From Ruminococcus flavefaciens (GTDB taxonomy: Bacteria > Bacillota > Clostridia > Oscillospirales > Ruminococcaceae): a DNA stretch of 64,000 bases. Below, in pieces: positions 21,573-32,729 of the stretch. The DNA lies in contig CACWPR010000001.1 of assembly GCA_902762855.1 (NCBI GenBank), positions 7,656 through 71,655 on the forward strand, in the 5' to 3' direction. Within the stretch, counting starts at the first letter, position 1, and the number at the start of each line of letters is the position of its first letter. The position numbers were made by a program, and so were the translations under genes. The notes beneath the pieces are model-generated. The model worked only from the letters and a program-made list of their open reading frames with translations, had not been told where the DNA came from and made no database searches.

Positions 21573-22892
21573 ATGAGAAAACTATTCAAAACTTTGACAG
21601 CGATAGTTACATCAGCAGCATTGGTGACAGGAGCGCTGACATCATGCGGAAAGGCTGCATCTGGAGAGACATCCGATAAAATTGAAAAAGTGACAACTAA
21701 AGTTGAAAGTGCAGAGATTAATATAGGAGGAGATTTTTATTCCGAAGAGGAATATGAGCAGATTGTTTTTTATGGCAATCAGGAAACGGTAGATTATAAT
21801 GAAGTTCTGAGTGACAGCGGATTTAAATCGGCATTTTCAAATTTTACCAATCAGGACAATCCGTTGCAGCTCAAAACAGGTACCAGCGATAATGCTTATG
21901 CAGTTGAACCATATTGCATGGCATACATCAATTCATCCGGAGATGTAAGAAGAATAAACATATGGTGTTTTCCTGTTGTGGCTGATGGACAGTATATAGG
22001 AGTAGTAGGCGGAGACTGCCGTGGTTTCAACGGTGATAGATTTTCGTTTGACGCATCTGCGTCTATTTCTGAAAAGCTCAATACTGTTCTTGAGAAGGGG
22101 AATGTTGCGATATTTAATATTGCAGATAACGGCAGCAATGTATATGGCATAACAGAGGACGACGTGATAGTTAATTTAATGGGAAACACTCCATGTACGT
22201 TGAGCCCGACCTACGAAGAAATAGCTCAGGACTACAACGTTATCACCCCTGACAGGATAAACGAGAGGGTTTATCCGGATAATGGAGAGCTGCCTGAAGG
22301 AACGGATGCCGACTTGGAGGCAACCCCTGAGGAGAACATAGCATCTGCCCTTTCGGGTTCTCAGGAAGAGTACAGCTATGAGGAAATAACGTCCGGCTCT
22401 GGTTTCCAGGCAAGCTATGCACAGTTCACAATGGAGGAAAATCCCCTTCATCTGAAAAACGGCACTTCTGCTGATGCGGCAGTCATCAGGCCCTTCAAGA
22501 TAGCGGTAGCTGATGATGAGGGGATAGCCGGAGTGATGAACGTATGGGAGTACCTGATAGCCTCCGGGGACACATATCTTGGAGTGATAAGCGCCGACTG
22601 CCGTTACGGAGAGAACGGCCCGGAGTACAACGACTTCACAGCATATCAGTTCATAGCTGACAAGCTGAATGAAGCACTTGAAAGCGGTGATATAGCAATA
22701 TTTTACGACGGCACTGAAAACTACGGAATATATGAGGACGGCACAGTGATAAACCTCACCGGAACGGCTCCGTATACAGGCACACTTACCTTTGAGGAGG
22801 CCAATAAGGGAGTAAATCTCATAACAGCCGGCCGGATAAACGAAAAGCTGGATATAGACCCATCCGGCATAGTGCAGGTATCAGATGAATGA
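21573..22892 (+). CDS. Lipoprotein with a tandemly duplicated unknown domain
   Basis: Lipobox-like ALTSC; two homologous halves (NPLQLKTGTS/NPLHLKNGTS; KLNTVLEKGNVAIF/KLNEALESGDIAIF; RINE/RINE). Confidence 0.75.
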   Translation: MRKLFKTLTAIVTSAALVTGALTSCGKAASGETSDKIEKVTTKVESAEINIGGDFYSEEEYEQIVFYGNQETVDYNEVLSDSGFKSAFSNFTNQDNPLQLKTGTSDNAYAVEPYCMAYINSSGDVRRINIWCFPVVADGQYIGVVGGDCRGFNGDRFSFDASASISEKLNTVLEKGNVAIFNIADNGSNVYGITEDDVIVNLMGNTPCTLSPTYEEIAQDYNVITPDRINERVYPDNGELPEGTDADLEATPEENIASALSGSQEEYSYEEITSGSGFQASYAQFTMEENPLHLKNGTSADAAVIRPFKIAVADDEGIAGVMNVWEYLIASGDTYLGVISADCRYGENGPEYNDFTAYQFIADKLNEALESGDIAIFYDGTENYGIYEDGTVINLTGTAPYTGTLTFEEANKGVNLITAGRINEKLDIDPSGIVQVSDE

Positions 22893-22942
22893 CCAATAAA
22901 CGAGAACGTCTGCGGATGACGATAGTCTGCCGCAGACGTTTT

Positions 22943-24010
22943 TTATTGCAGTCCGGCCGTCAGGCTGAGACTGAAAAATATCTTTTTGCTGTGAGGGGAG
23001 AAGCTGCACAGCTTTCCGCCGGAGGTGAGCGTCCGGCCCTTTTTATCGGCAGCCGGTGAGAATGTGAACAGTCCGTCGTGGCGGTGGGCGGCTCTGAAAA
23101 TGCTGCATGGAGTGCCGTCAACGAGGACTTCGAGCTGAGAGTCCCTGTTCATGAGGAGGATGCCGTCGGCAGTGATGTGTACCGAGTACGCAGGGGAGTT
23201 CTCAGAGAGCCTCAGCACGGCTCCCTCCGGGACTGAGAATACCTCATCCGCAGGCAGTGAAATGTCGCAGAAAAAGCGGTATATCAGAGCGCAGACAGCT
23301 TTCTCTGCGACTTGCAGCCTGTGAGTTATAGCCTTTACCGGGTCGGCAAGGAGCTGCCTGTACTCACCTATCTGAGCCTCGACAATGGAGTTGACAGCAT
23401 CAGTGAACGATGAGCGGCAGCTAAATAGCCGGAGCTCTTCCGGTGAGATGTTCTGTTCCGGTACAGCGTCAGCATACATAGCCCTTGCCAGGTCCTCGTA
23501 TGCCTGGTGGATCTTCTTTTTGGGGGAGTAGTAAGTCATCCCGGTGCCGTGGGGGAGGCAGCACATATCAGCGAGCATATGGATAGCTCTGGTAAGGTGT
23601 TCGAGGCCTTTTTCCACGTAGCCTGCCTTGTAGAAGGTTACAGCCATAGTGTAGTCCTCCTCCATCATGGTACGTGCGCTCTTATGGAATCGGTGTACAC
23701 CGTTTTTGTAGTAGCCGCCGGTTTTTCTCATCCTCATGCCGAAGGAATTGACAGCGGAGTAATAGTGCCAGCCGACGCCTTTTTCGTAGTCAGCGGAGTT
23801 ATCGGGACGGCAGGCAAGGTCCACCATGAATTTCCTGTATGGTCCGAAGATCTCCTCAGCCTCCGGGATATGCTTGTAGAGCATAGGAAGCGTGCGGTAG
23901 ATGAATGTCCTGTGGACGGAGATAGACTCGCTGACTCTCACATCGGCGTAGTGTTTTCTCAGCGACATCATCCTGAGAGTGACGTCCTTCCATTTCCCGA
24001 ACAAAAGCAT
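22943..24010 (-). CDS. Zinc-dependent phospholipase C/nuclease-fold protein
   Basis: N-terminal His, GWHYY, HMLADMCCLPH, HQAYE metal-ligand pattern. Confidence 0.65.
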   Translation of the reverse strand: MLLFGKWKDVTLRMMSLRKHYADVRVSESISVHRTFIYRTLPMLYKHIPEAEEIFGPYRKFMVDLACRPDNSADYEKGVGWHYYSAVNSFGMRMRKTGGYYKNGVHRFHKSARTMMEEDYTMAVTFYKAGYVEKGLEHLTRAIHMLADMCCLPHGTGMTYYSPKKKIHQAYEDLARAMYADAVPEQNISPEELRLFSCRSSFTDAVNSIVEAQIGEYRQLLADPVKAITHRLQVAEKAVCALIYRFFCDISLPADEVFSVPEGAVLRLSENSPAYSVHITADGILLMNRDSQLEVLVDGTPCSIFRAAHRHDGLFTFSPAADKKGRTLTSGGKLCSFSPHSKKIFFSLSLTAGLQ

Positions 24011-24180
24011 GGTCCTGCCTCCCTTAGGGCAACATCGCACAAAGACCGCCTGACGTCTTTGTACGGTATTGCCTTAGCAATAAATATCAATTTGATTATA
24101 CACCTTTTTTAACAGCCTGTCAAACGGAGGTTTGCCGCAGGACACAAAAAAGGGACGCTTTTGAGCGTCCCTTTGAAGCA

Positions 24181-26925
24181 TCAAAGAATAGAAATAAGGT
24201 ATTTTCTGAGCAGAGCCTGGTCGAAAGCAGTTATGACACCGTCTTCGTCCATGTCGGCAGCGGAGCCGTCACCGAGGACAGTGGTATTTTTCAGAAGGAA
24301 GTTCTGGAGCATTACCAGGTCTGCAACAGTTGTCTTACCGTCAGCATTTACGTCACCGATGACCTTCTGAGGCTCAGAGGGTGAGAGGGGTTCGAGGATG
24401 AACTTCTGACCGTCGCCGCCCCAGAATTCCCACTGGCAGATGTTTGCACCCTCTTCGGTGCTTATCTCGAAAACGTCGAAGCAGGACTTATAGTCTGATG
24501 ACGAAGTAAGGATAGAGTAGGAGCCATCCTTATTGCAGTTGAATTTGAATGTCTGAGCTGAGCTGCTGCCGGATGAGATGTTTGAGCCGTTTTCAGCGGA
24601 GCTGTTCTCAACAGTGATGAACTTGCCTGTTGCCGGGTCCATAAGTGCCATACCGCCGCCGGCGAGCTCAGTCACCTCCCAGACAGCCGCCTCGCTGCTC
24701 TGCTGGATATTTCCGCCGGAGCTGTTGAGGTAGAGTCCGCTGTTGAGGTTTTTGATAGTATATGTACCGGGATTTACGGCGGGGTATACAGGAGCGATGT
24801 TCCAGAGCTGGCAGGCATATTCATTGTAAGCGAACTGGTTGACATTTCCGCCGTTTTCGGTGGACCATTCAAAGACGTCGAGAGCGCCGCTGCCGCCGGA
24901 GCACTTGGATACGATACCGTAAGAAGTGCCGCTTTTTACCAGCTTGAAGAGCTGATTGTCAGCGCCTGTGTAGGACTGGAGCTCCACGTTGATACCGTCG
25001 TTTGCAGAATTTTCAGCTACAGCGATGCACTTGGACTCATCGCCCATAGAAACTATCCTGCACCACTGGCTGTCCACAGAGACTATCCTCCACTGCTGAG
25101 CCCAGGACTTGTTGAAGGCCCACTGCTGGATATTAGTACCTGCATCCAGCTTTCCTTCGGGGAGGTCAAGGGAGAGGCCGCTGTTTACATTTGTTATGAA
25201 ATAGGGGACACCGCTCAGGAGGTCAGTGCCGCTGAGCTTAACAGAGGAGCTCACACCAGTAACTGTATCAGGAGCCATAACGAGCTGAGCAGAGGCATCG
25301 GACCAGTCGCTGAGAGAGGACCTTTCTGTGCCTGTGAACCCGGAGTTTTTAGCGCCCCATATAGTCTGGTTATTGCTGCCAACAGCGGTAAAGGACATTA
25401 CCTTGGTGCCCTTTTCGTTTTCAGCCGCCACAAAGTAGCCGTTGTACTTCTGGCCGCCGATAGTCAGGGAAGCGGCAGCGCTGCCGGCATCCTCCTCCCA
25501 GGTACCTGAAACTGCACCTGAAACGGAGTGGTCAGCGTTGAGGGTGATATTCTGATAGCTGATGATATTGCCGTCGGTACCGTTGCCGTGGTTGATGTAT
25601 TCGTAGTCACCGACGATGTCTGATTCTTCGTATCCGCCTGCTGAGAGCTGGTCTCCGCCGTACTCAAAAGGAGTGACCACAGGCCATCCCTCGGAATTGA
25701 AGTACATCTGGTGGACTCTCACCTCATGGTACTCAGTGCCGTCATCGAAACGTGCATGATAGAAGAGGTACCACTGGCCGTCATCGTCACGGAGCACAGA
25801 GTTATGTCCGCAGGCCATATATGCTCTGTCAAGGGTGCTGAACTTATAATTGCCCATTACCTTGAGACCTGTGCTGTCCAGGTTTGAGCTTGAGGACATG
25901 ATGCCGGAGCGTCCGGCGGGGTCAGTGAAGGGACCGGTAGGGCTTTTGGAGCGGAAAACACGCATATTGTATCCGCCGTCAGAGAAGAGACCGCCGTAAG
26001 TTACCCAGAGGTAGTAGTAGCCGGTGTCGGCGTTGTACTCTATGAACGGACCCTCACCGGACTTATGGTAACCGCCGGTGAGCTTGGTGCCGAAGTAGCT
26101 GTCGACCATTCTGCCGTCGGAGGTAGTGCCGGTCTTGGGGTGTATGCACTTACCGGTGGACTTGTCTATCTCCAGAGTGAATATACCGCCTGACCACGAG
26201 CCGTATACCATGTACATTTTGCCGTCGGTGTCATAGTAGATAGTTGGGTCAATGGCATTTGGGCAGACGTTGAAGTTATAGCCGGTGCCGCTGAACCAGG
26301 AGTTGTTGTAGGTGACTTCTCCGGCGGATATGAGCTCGTCGATATTGGTGGAGGTATACTTCCTGTTAACGTTCTTGGTGGAGCTTGTAGCATAGGTGTC
26401 ATTTGAGGTGAATCCGGAGTAGATAAGGGTATCGACAAAGGTATATGGACCCTCGATATTCTTGGCAGCGGCATAGGCGATAACAGATGTGTTCCAGGTA
26501 GAAGAGGTACAGAAGTACATGAGGTAAGCGCCTTTGGAGCCGTCGGAGTTGATGTAATCAGGGTTGTAGATAACATCCGGAGCCCATACAGCAAAGCCGC
26601 CCTCGCAGTCACCAAGGTCCTCGCCGGCCCAGGCGAAGGCTTTCTGAAGGTTCTGTGAGAGGTTGCCGAACTCCACGTTATTGGTTTTGGCATATCCGTT
26701 TGTGAACCTTGTCCAGTTCTGGAGGTCGGTAGTTTTAGCGGCATCGATATGGGAGCCGAAAACGTAGTAGGTGCTGCCGTCCTTGACGATAGAGGGGTCA
26801 TGGACGGAGACTCTTGACTTATTAGCCGCAGCGGAGACCTTATTATCCGGCGCAGGTGAGAGGGTACCGGCAGAGAGGGCAAGAACTCCGGCCACAGCGG
26901 CTGAAAACAGTTTAGACAGTTTCAA
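24181..26925 (-). CDS. Cellulosomal GH43 (arabinanase-like) with ricin/CBM13-like repeats and dockerin
   Basis: Signal peptide; VHDPS, WAPDV, NAIDP, GEGP GH43 motifs; QxW-type repeats; C-terminal dockerin GDVNADG...DMDEDG. Confidence 0.88.
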   Translation of the reverse strand: MKLSKLFSAAVAGVLALSAGTLSPAPDNKVSAAANKSRVSVHDPSIVKDGSTYYVFGSHIDAAKTTDLQNWTRFTNGYAKTNNVEFGNLSQNLQKAFAWAGEDLGDCEGGFAVWAPDVIYNPDYINSDGSKGAYLMYFCTSSTWNTSVIAYAAAKNIEGPYTFVDTLIYSGFTSNDTYATSSTKNVNRKYTSTNIDELISAGEVTYNNSWFSGTGYNFNVCPNAIDPTIYYDTDGKMYMVYGSWSGGIFTLEIDKSTGKCIHPKTGTTSDGRMVDSYFGTKLTGGYHKSGEGPFIEYNADTGYYYLWVTYGGLFSDGGYNMRVFRSKSPTGPFTDPAGRSGIMSSSSNLDSTGLKVMGNYKFSTLDRAYMACGHNSVLRDDDGQWYLFYHARFDDGTEYHEVRVHQMYFNSEGWPVVTPFEYGGDQLSAGGYEESDIVGDYEYINHGNGTDGNIISYQNITLNADHSVSGAVSGTWEEDAGSAAASLTIGGQKYNGYFVAAENEKGTKVMSFTAVGSNNQTIWGAKNSGFTGTERSSLSDWSDASAQLVMAPDTVTGVSSSVKLSGTDLLSGVPYFITNVNSGLSLDLPEGKLDAGTNIQQWAFNKSWAQQWRIVSVDSQWCRIVSMGDESKCIAVAENSANDGINVELQSYTGADNQLFKLVKSGTSYGIVSKCSGGSGALDVFEWSTENGGNVNQFAYNEYACQLWNIAPVYPAVNPGTYTIKNLNSGLYLNSSGGNIQQSSEAAVWEVTELAGGGMALMDPATGKFITVENSSAENGSNISSGSSSAQTFKFNCNKDGSYSILTSSSDYKSCFDVFEISTEEGANICQWEFWGGDGQKFILEPLSPSEPQKVIGDVNADGKTTVADLVMLQNFLLKNTTVLGDGSAADMDEDGVITAFDQALLRKYLISIL

Positions 26926-27187
26926 GAAAACTCCTCCTTTATAACATTTTAAATGGTGTAATAATTATAACATAGTCACATAAAAAATACAAGTAGATTT
27001 TAATGAAAAAACATGATACTTTGTGCAATAAAAATGATGTTTTCTATTCGCCTCTTATAAAACGTTGGTTTTCGATAGAAATTATTGTGTATTTTCGGAA
27101 AATTAATGTAAACTATTGACAAAACAGCGGAACCATGCTAAACTGTAAGATGTAAAATATACCTTTTCAGGGGATAAGGGAGTTGGT

Positions 27188-29791
27188 ATGATGCATTTAT
27201 TAAAAAAGATAACATCAGCAGCAGCGGCAGCAGCAGTGGCTGTAGGCTCCGCAGCAGCAGTACCTCCGAAAACAGTTTCGGAGGCGGCCACCACTATAGT
27301 CATCTCACCGGACGACCGTTACGAGATAAACGGCGGAAAGTTTGAAGGCTGGGGAACGTCCCTGTGCTGGTGGGCAAATCGTGTGGGATACTCTGACAGC
27401 CTTGCACAGCAGACTGCGGACCTGTTCTTTGGCGACGAGGGACTTCGCATGAACATTGCCAGATTCAACATCGGCGGCGGAGACGACCCGTCACATGACC
27501 ATATCACAAGAACGGACTCCAATATGCCGGGATACACAAAGTACAGCAACGGCAGTATTACCTATGACTGGACAGCCGACTATAATCAGAGAAACGTCCT
27601 CCAGAGGGCGATAAAGGCTGCGGGAGATGACATGATAGTGGAGATGTTCTCAAATTCTCCGCCGTACTACATGACAAAGAGCGGATGCAGCAGCGGAGGT
27701 ACAGACCCTGCTGTCAACAATCTGAAGGATGACCAGTACGACGAATTCGCCGCCTATCTTGCAGAGGTCTGCTATCACTACAAGAATGACTGGGGCATCG
27801 ACATACAGAGTATCGACGCAATGAACGAGCCTTATACGAACTATTGGGGAGCGTACAGCAAAAAGCAGGAGGGCTGCCATTTTGACCAGGGCACCACTCA
27901 GACCAATGTGATACTGGAGCTCCAGAAGGCTATGAAGGCCAAGGGCATGGGAGATGTTATCATCAGCGGAACTGATGAGACTTCCATAGACACGCAGATA
28001 AGCTCATTTGAAAAGCTGTCAGACGCAGCCAAGAGCGCAGTAGGACGTATCGACACTCACACCTATAGCGGCAGCAAACGTTCCCAGCTAAAGGAGCTTG
28101 CACTTTCAGCAGGAAAGAACCTCTGGATGAGTGAGGTAGACGGCGGAGGAACAGGAGGCACAAATGCCGGAGAAATGGGTGCAGGTCTCTGGCTGGCAGA
28201 GCGCATCACCACAGACTGCTCCGGGCTGAACTGTTCTGCCTGGATACTCTGGCAGGCCATTGACAACCACATATCCTCGGCCGGCTACAACGGTAAAAAG
28301 GACTCCGGAATGGTGAACGCCTCCGGCGGCTATTGGGGACTCGCAGTTGCAGACCATGACAACAACAAGGTAATACTCACCAAGAAGTACTATACCTACG
28401 GACAGTACTCAAGATATATACGTCCCGGAATGACGATGCTCAAGACATCCGGTCCCACACTTGCAGCCTTTGACGAGGAAAAGGGACAGCTTGTCATAGT
28501 AGCCTATAATTCCACTGGAAGTGCAGCGGACTACAGCTACGACCTGACTGGATTCACCCAGACAGGCAGCTATGCACAGATGATACGCACAAGCAATACC
28601 GAGAACTGGAAGGATGCAGGAACAGCAGCGGTCAGCGGCGGCAGACTCAGCGTTTCACTGCCAGCGAACTCCGTCACCACATTTATAATAGACGGCATGA
28701 AAGGCAGCAGAGCACTTGAAAACAAGATAGACATAACCGGCAGCATGACCACAGGAACAGATTCCTGGAAGAGTGCAGGCTCAACAAACTATGAGAAGGC
28801 TTTTGACGGAAATATGTCCACATATTTTGACGGCGTCAGCGCAGGCTGGGTACAGGCAGACCTTGGAAAGGTCTATGACATCTCAGCTATCGGCTACTGT
28901 CCGAGAAACGGCTATGAGTACCGCATGACAGACGGTTCATTCAGCTTCTCAGAGGACGGAGTGAACTGGCACACTGCCTATACTATAACAGACAAGCCGG
29001 CCTTTGGGATGCACTATGCGACACGTTTCGCAGGAGGCAGCACAGCAAGGTACATAAAGTACTCCGTACCTGAGGGAGCACCTGCAAATACCTACAACAC
29101 CGACAGCTCCTATTGCTGCAATATTGCAGAAATAGAGGTATACGGCACTCCCTCTGTCAAGGACAACTACACAAGGATAGTCCCGGTTGAAATATCCGGA
29201 AGCTCATCCTGGAAGGACACAGTCTCAGTGAACTATGAAAAGGCCTTTGACGGCGACCAGTCCACATATTTTGACGGACTCAGTGCAGGCTGGATACAGG
29301 CAGACCTGGGAGCTATATACGACGTGCAGGCAATAGGCTACTGTCCGAGAAAGGACTATGAGTACCGGATGCCTGACGGCAGGATACAAGTCTCCGGTGA
29401 CGGCGAGACCTGGAAAGACATCTATACCATAACAGCAAAGCCTGAGTACGGCATGACCTATGTGACAGACTTCACCGAAGCTGCTGCGGCACGTTACGTC
29501 AGGTATATCGTACCGGAGGGAAAGCCTTCAAACGGCTATAATGCCGACGACGTATACTGCTGTAATATCGCAGAATTTGAGATATACGGTGAAAAGACGG
29601 CTGACATCGTTGTAAAGGGCGACATCAACTGCGACGGAAGCGTCAATATAGGCGACCTGGTGCTGATGCAGAAGTACCTTCTTGCTGATGAGAAACTCAC
29701 CGCAGAGCAGTACAGCATGGCAGACATGGACGGCGACGGAAGAGCAGACGGATTTGATATGGTCCTTCTCAGAAGAGCACTCACAGCATAA
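27188..29791 (+). CDS. Cellulosomal GH30 (beta-1,6-galactanase-like) with two F5/8-type CBMs and dockerin
   Basis: GWGTSLCWWA, MNEP, LWMSE catalytic motifs; duplicated FDG..TYFDG..GW.QADLG modules; dockerin GDINCDG...DMDGDG. Confidence 0.85.
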   Translation: MMHLLKKITSAAAAAAVAVGSAAAVPPKTVSEAATTIVISPDDRYEINGGKFEGWGTSLCWWANRVGYSDSLAQQTADLFFGDEGLRMNIARFNIGGGDDPSHDHITRTDSNMPGYTKYSNGSITYDWTADYNQRNVLQRAIKAAGDDMIVEMFSNSPPYYMTKSGCSSGGTDPAVNNLKDDQYDEFAAYLAEVCYHYKNDWGIDIQSIDAMNEPYTNYWGAYSKKQEGCHFDQGTTQTNVILELQKAMKAKGMGDVIISGTDETSIDTQISSFEKLSDAAKSAVGRIDTHTYSGSKRSQLKELALSAGKNLWMSEVDGGGTGGTNAGEMGAGLWLAERITTDCSGLNCSAWILWQAIDNHISSAGYNGKKDSGMVNASGGYWGLAVADHDNNKVILTKKYYTYGQYSRYIRPGMTMLKTSGPTLAAFDEEKGQLVIVAYNSTGSAADYSYDLTGFTQTGSYAQMIRTSNTENWKDAGTAAVSGGRLSVSLPANSVTTFIIDGMKGSRALENKIDITGSMTTGTDSWKSAGSTNYEKAFDGNMSTYFDGVSAGWVQADLGKVYDISAIGYCPRNGYEYRMTDGSFSFSEDGVNWHTAYTITDKPAFGMHYATRFAGGSTARYIKYSVPEGAPANTYNTDSSYCCNIAEIEVYGTPSVKDNYTRIVPVEISGSSSWKDTVSVNYEKAFDGDQSTYFDGLSAGWIQADLGAIYDVQAIGYCPRKDYEYRMPDGRIQVSGDGETWKDIYTITAKPEYGMTYVTDFTEAAAARYVRYIVPEGKPSNGYNADDVYCCNIAEFEIYGEKTADIVVKGDINCDGSVNIGDLVLMQKYLLADEKLTAEQYSMADMDGDGRADGFDMVLLRRALTA

Positions 29792-29977
29792 AACCCAGAC
29801 CGCAGGGAGACCTGCGGTCTTTTTGCATCATTGTAAAATATAGGTTAAATTTCGCTGTTTCACAACACTGCCACATAATTTTCACCGTTTAAACACTGTA
29901 TTCTCGTACTATAGTACTTTGTTGGAAAACACAATAATAAGCAAAAATCACAGGAAAACACATCGGAGGAATGAGAA

Positions 29978-32608
29978 ATGAAACACTATCTCGAAACCAC
30001 GGAGAAAGTGCTCGAAGAAGTAAAGAGTACAAGCTCCGGACTGACCTCGGAGGAGGCCGCTAAACGACTTGGGGAATTCGGTGAAAACAAGCTGGATGAC
30101 CCGCCGAAACCCACACTCCTTGCCAGGTTCATTGAACAGTTCAAGAACCCGATGATACTTGTACTGCTGGCAGCAGCAGTTATATCGGCCATAACCGGTA
30201 TAATATCCGAGGGCAAGCTGGAGGCTGATGTGTTCATCATCCTGTTTGTAGTAATAGCCAATGCGGTCCTTGGAGTATATCAGGAGAACAAAGCAGAGTC
30301 AGCTATAGAAGCGCTCCAGGCAATGAGTGCCGCACAGAGCAAGGTCTACCGCTCCGGAGAGCTTGTAGTGATACACAGCTCAGAGCTGGTCCCAGGCGAT
30401 GTTATCGCACTTGAAGCCGGAGACAACGTTCCGGCGGACTGCCGTATACTTGAAGCGGCAGCACTCAAATCCGAGGAGTCAGCACTTACCGGAGAGAGCG
30501 TGCCCTGCGACAAGGACAGTGAGGTCCTGAAAGGTGAGGACGTACCCCTCGGAGACAGAAAGAATATGCTCTATATGGGCAGCAGCATTGCCTATGGCCG
30601 TGCCGAGGCAGTAGTAGTTGCCACCGGAATGAATACCGAAATGGGTAAGATAGCCGGAGCTATCGCAGATGCAGAGGACGACGAGACACCTCTCCAGAAG
30701 AGCCTTGACCAGCTCAGCAAGATACTGTCTGTCGCAGTACTTCTTATATGTGTGTTCATCCTTGGACTGAACGTGGTGAAGATGCTTGTCAGCGAAGGCA
30801 AGATAACACTTCCCGGCTTCCTGGAGTCCTTTATGCTATCAGTCAGCCTTGCAGTTGCAGCTATACCTGAGGGACTTGCCGCAGTTGTGACCGTAGTGCT
30901 TTCCATAGGTGTGACAAATATGTCCAAGCGTGGAGCGGTAATACGCCGCCTGACGGCAGTTGAGGCTCTTGGATGCGCCCAGGTTATATGCAGTGACAAG
31001 ACCGGTACTCTCACACAGAACAAGATGACAGTAGTTCAGGAGAATACCGATGATAAGATGCTCCTTGCAAGAGCAATGGGACTCTGCTGTGATGCAGTCC
31101 TCAACTCAGACGATACAGTAGCCGGTGAGCCTACCGAAGCAGCACTGGTGGCATATGCTCACAAGTGCGGACTGAAAAAGTACGAAATGGAGGCTGAGAC
31201 TCCCAGAGTTGCAGAGGCTCCCTTCGATTCAATGAGAAAGATGATGTCCACAGTACACAAGACTGCGAACGGCTATGTTCAGTACACAAAGGGCGCTCCT
31301 GATGAGGTGCTCAGACAGTGTACACACCTTCTTGTAGACGGCGACATCAGACCTATGACCGAGTCTGACCGCATGGAGATACTCCGCCGGAACAAGGAAA
31401 TGGCAGACAAGGCACTGAGAGTACTTCTTGCGGCTTACAGGGAGTACGATGCTCTCCCGGATGAAATATCCCCTGAGAGCCTTGAGCACGACCTCATCTA
31501 CATCGGAATGACCGGTATGATAGACCCTGTACGTCCGGAGGTAAAGGACGCAATCGGTCTCTGCCGTACAGCAGGCATACGTCCTGTAATGATAACCGGC
31601 GACCACAGAGATACAGCAGTAGCTATCGCAAAGGAGCTTGGCATCCTTGGCGAGGGCCAGAAGGCGATTACCGGAGCAGAGCTCTCAAAGATACCGGACG
31701 ACGAATTCAACGAGCACGTAGGAGACTACAGCGTATATGCCAGAGTACAGCCTGAGCACAAGGTACGCATAGTCAACGCATGGCGCAAGAAGAACATGAC
31801 CACAGCAATGACAGGTGACGGAGTCAACGACGCACCTTCAATAAAGAGTGCAGACATAGGTGTGGGAATGGGCATCACCGGAACAGACGTAACAAAGAAC
31901 GTAGCAGACATGGTGCTCACAGACGACAACTTTGCAACTATCGTAGGTGCAGTTGAAGAGGGCCGCCGAATATACGACAACATCCGCAAGGCCATACAGT
32001 TCCTTCTCTCCAGCAACCTCAGCGAGGTGATCTGTATACTGGTAGCCACACTGGGACTTGGCAAGCTGACAGGTGGTTCCTTCATTATCTTCGGACCTGT
32101 ACACCTTCTCTGGATAAACCTCATCTCCGACTGTTTCCCGGCAGTAGCTCTTGGAATGGAAGCAGCAGAGCAGGGAATAATGACACGCAAGCCCAGAAAC
32201 AGCAATGCACACATTTTCTCTGACGGCCTTGGTGTTAACCTTCTCTGGCAGGGAATAGTAATAGCAGCACTCACCCTTGTATCCTACGTTATCGGCGCAC
32301 AGACCTGTGCAGCAGCAGGTACAACAATGGCATTCATCACACTTTCAGTATGCGAGATGCTTCACTCATGGAACATGAGAAGTCTCAAGGGCTCAATATT
32401 CACAATGAAGAGCCATAATAAGATGCTCATTGGCTCTATAATCCTTTCCTTTGTACTCATGGCACTGATACTTTTCATCCCTGTGTTCAGAGAGATATTC
32501 TCACTCACAAGCCTTTCCGGACTCAATTATCTCTGGTCAGTACTTGTAGCAGCAGCTATAGTTCCTATTGTTGAGATAGTAAAGGCATTTCAGAGAGCAA
32601 AGAAATAA
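29978..32608 (+). CDS. Cation-transporting P-type ATPase (Ca2+/type II-like)
   Basis: TGES, PEGL, DKTGT, KGAP, MITGD, GDGVND. Confidence 0.94.
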   Translation: MKHYLETTEKVLEEVKSTSSGLTSEEAAKRLGEFGENKLDDPPKPTLLARFIEQFKNPMILVLLAAAVISAITGIISEGKLEADVFIILFVVIANAVLGVYQENKAESAIEALQAMSAAQSKVYRSGELVVIHSSELVPGDVIALEAGDNVPADCRILEAAALKSEESALTGESVPCDKDSEVLKGEDVPLGDRKNMLYMGSSIAYGRAEAVVVATGMNTEMGKIAGAIADAEDDETPLQKSLDQLSKILSVAVLLICVFILGLNVVKMLVSEGKITLPGFLESFMLSVSLAVAAIPEGLAAVVTVVLSIGVTNMSKRGAVIRRLTAVEALGCAQVICSDKTGTLTQNKMTVVQENTDDKMLLARAMGLCCDAVLNSDDTVAGEPTEAALVAYAHKCGLKKYEMEAETPRVAEAPFDSMRKMMSTVHKTANGYVQYTKGAPDEVLRQCTHLLVDGDIRPMTESDRMEILRRNKEMADKALRVLLAAYREYDALPDEISPESLEHDLIYIGMTGMIDPVRPEVKDAIGLCRTAGIRPVMITGDHRDTAVAIAKELGILGEGQKAITGAELSKIPDDEFNEHVGDYSVYARVQPEHKVRIVNAWRKKNMTTAMTGDGVNDAPSIKSADIGVGMGITGTDVTKNVADMVLTDDNFATIVGAVEEGRRIYDNIRKAIQFLLSSNLSEVICILVATLGLGKLTGGSFIIFGPVHLLWINLISDCFPAVALGMEAAEQGIMTRKPRNSNAHIFSDGLGVNLLWQGIVIAALTLVSYVIGAQTCAAAGTTMAFITLSVCEMLHSWNMRSLKGSIFTMKSHNKMLIGSIILSFVLMALILFIPVFREIFSLTSLSGLNYLWSVLVAAAIVPIVEIVKAFQRAKK

Positions 32609-32729
32609 GTTCATGATCTGAAACAGCAGACCGCTCAGGAATAACCTGAGCGGTTTTTTTGTGTGACTGCTTGCAATTGGTACGGCAGAATGATATAATG
32701 ATAAAATGATGAACTAATAATAAAAAGGA

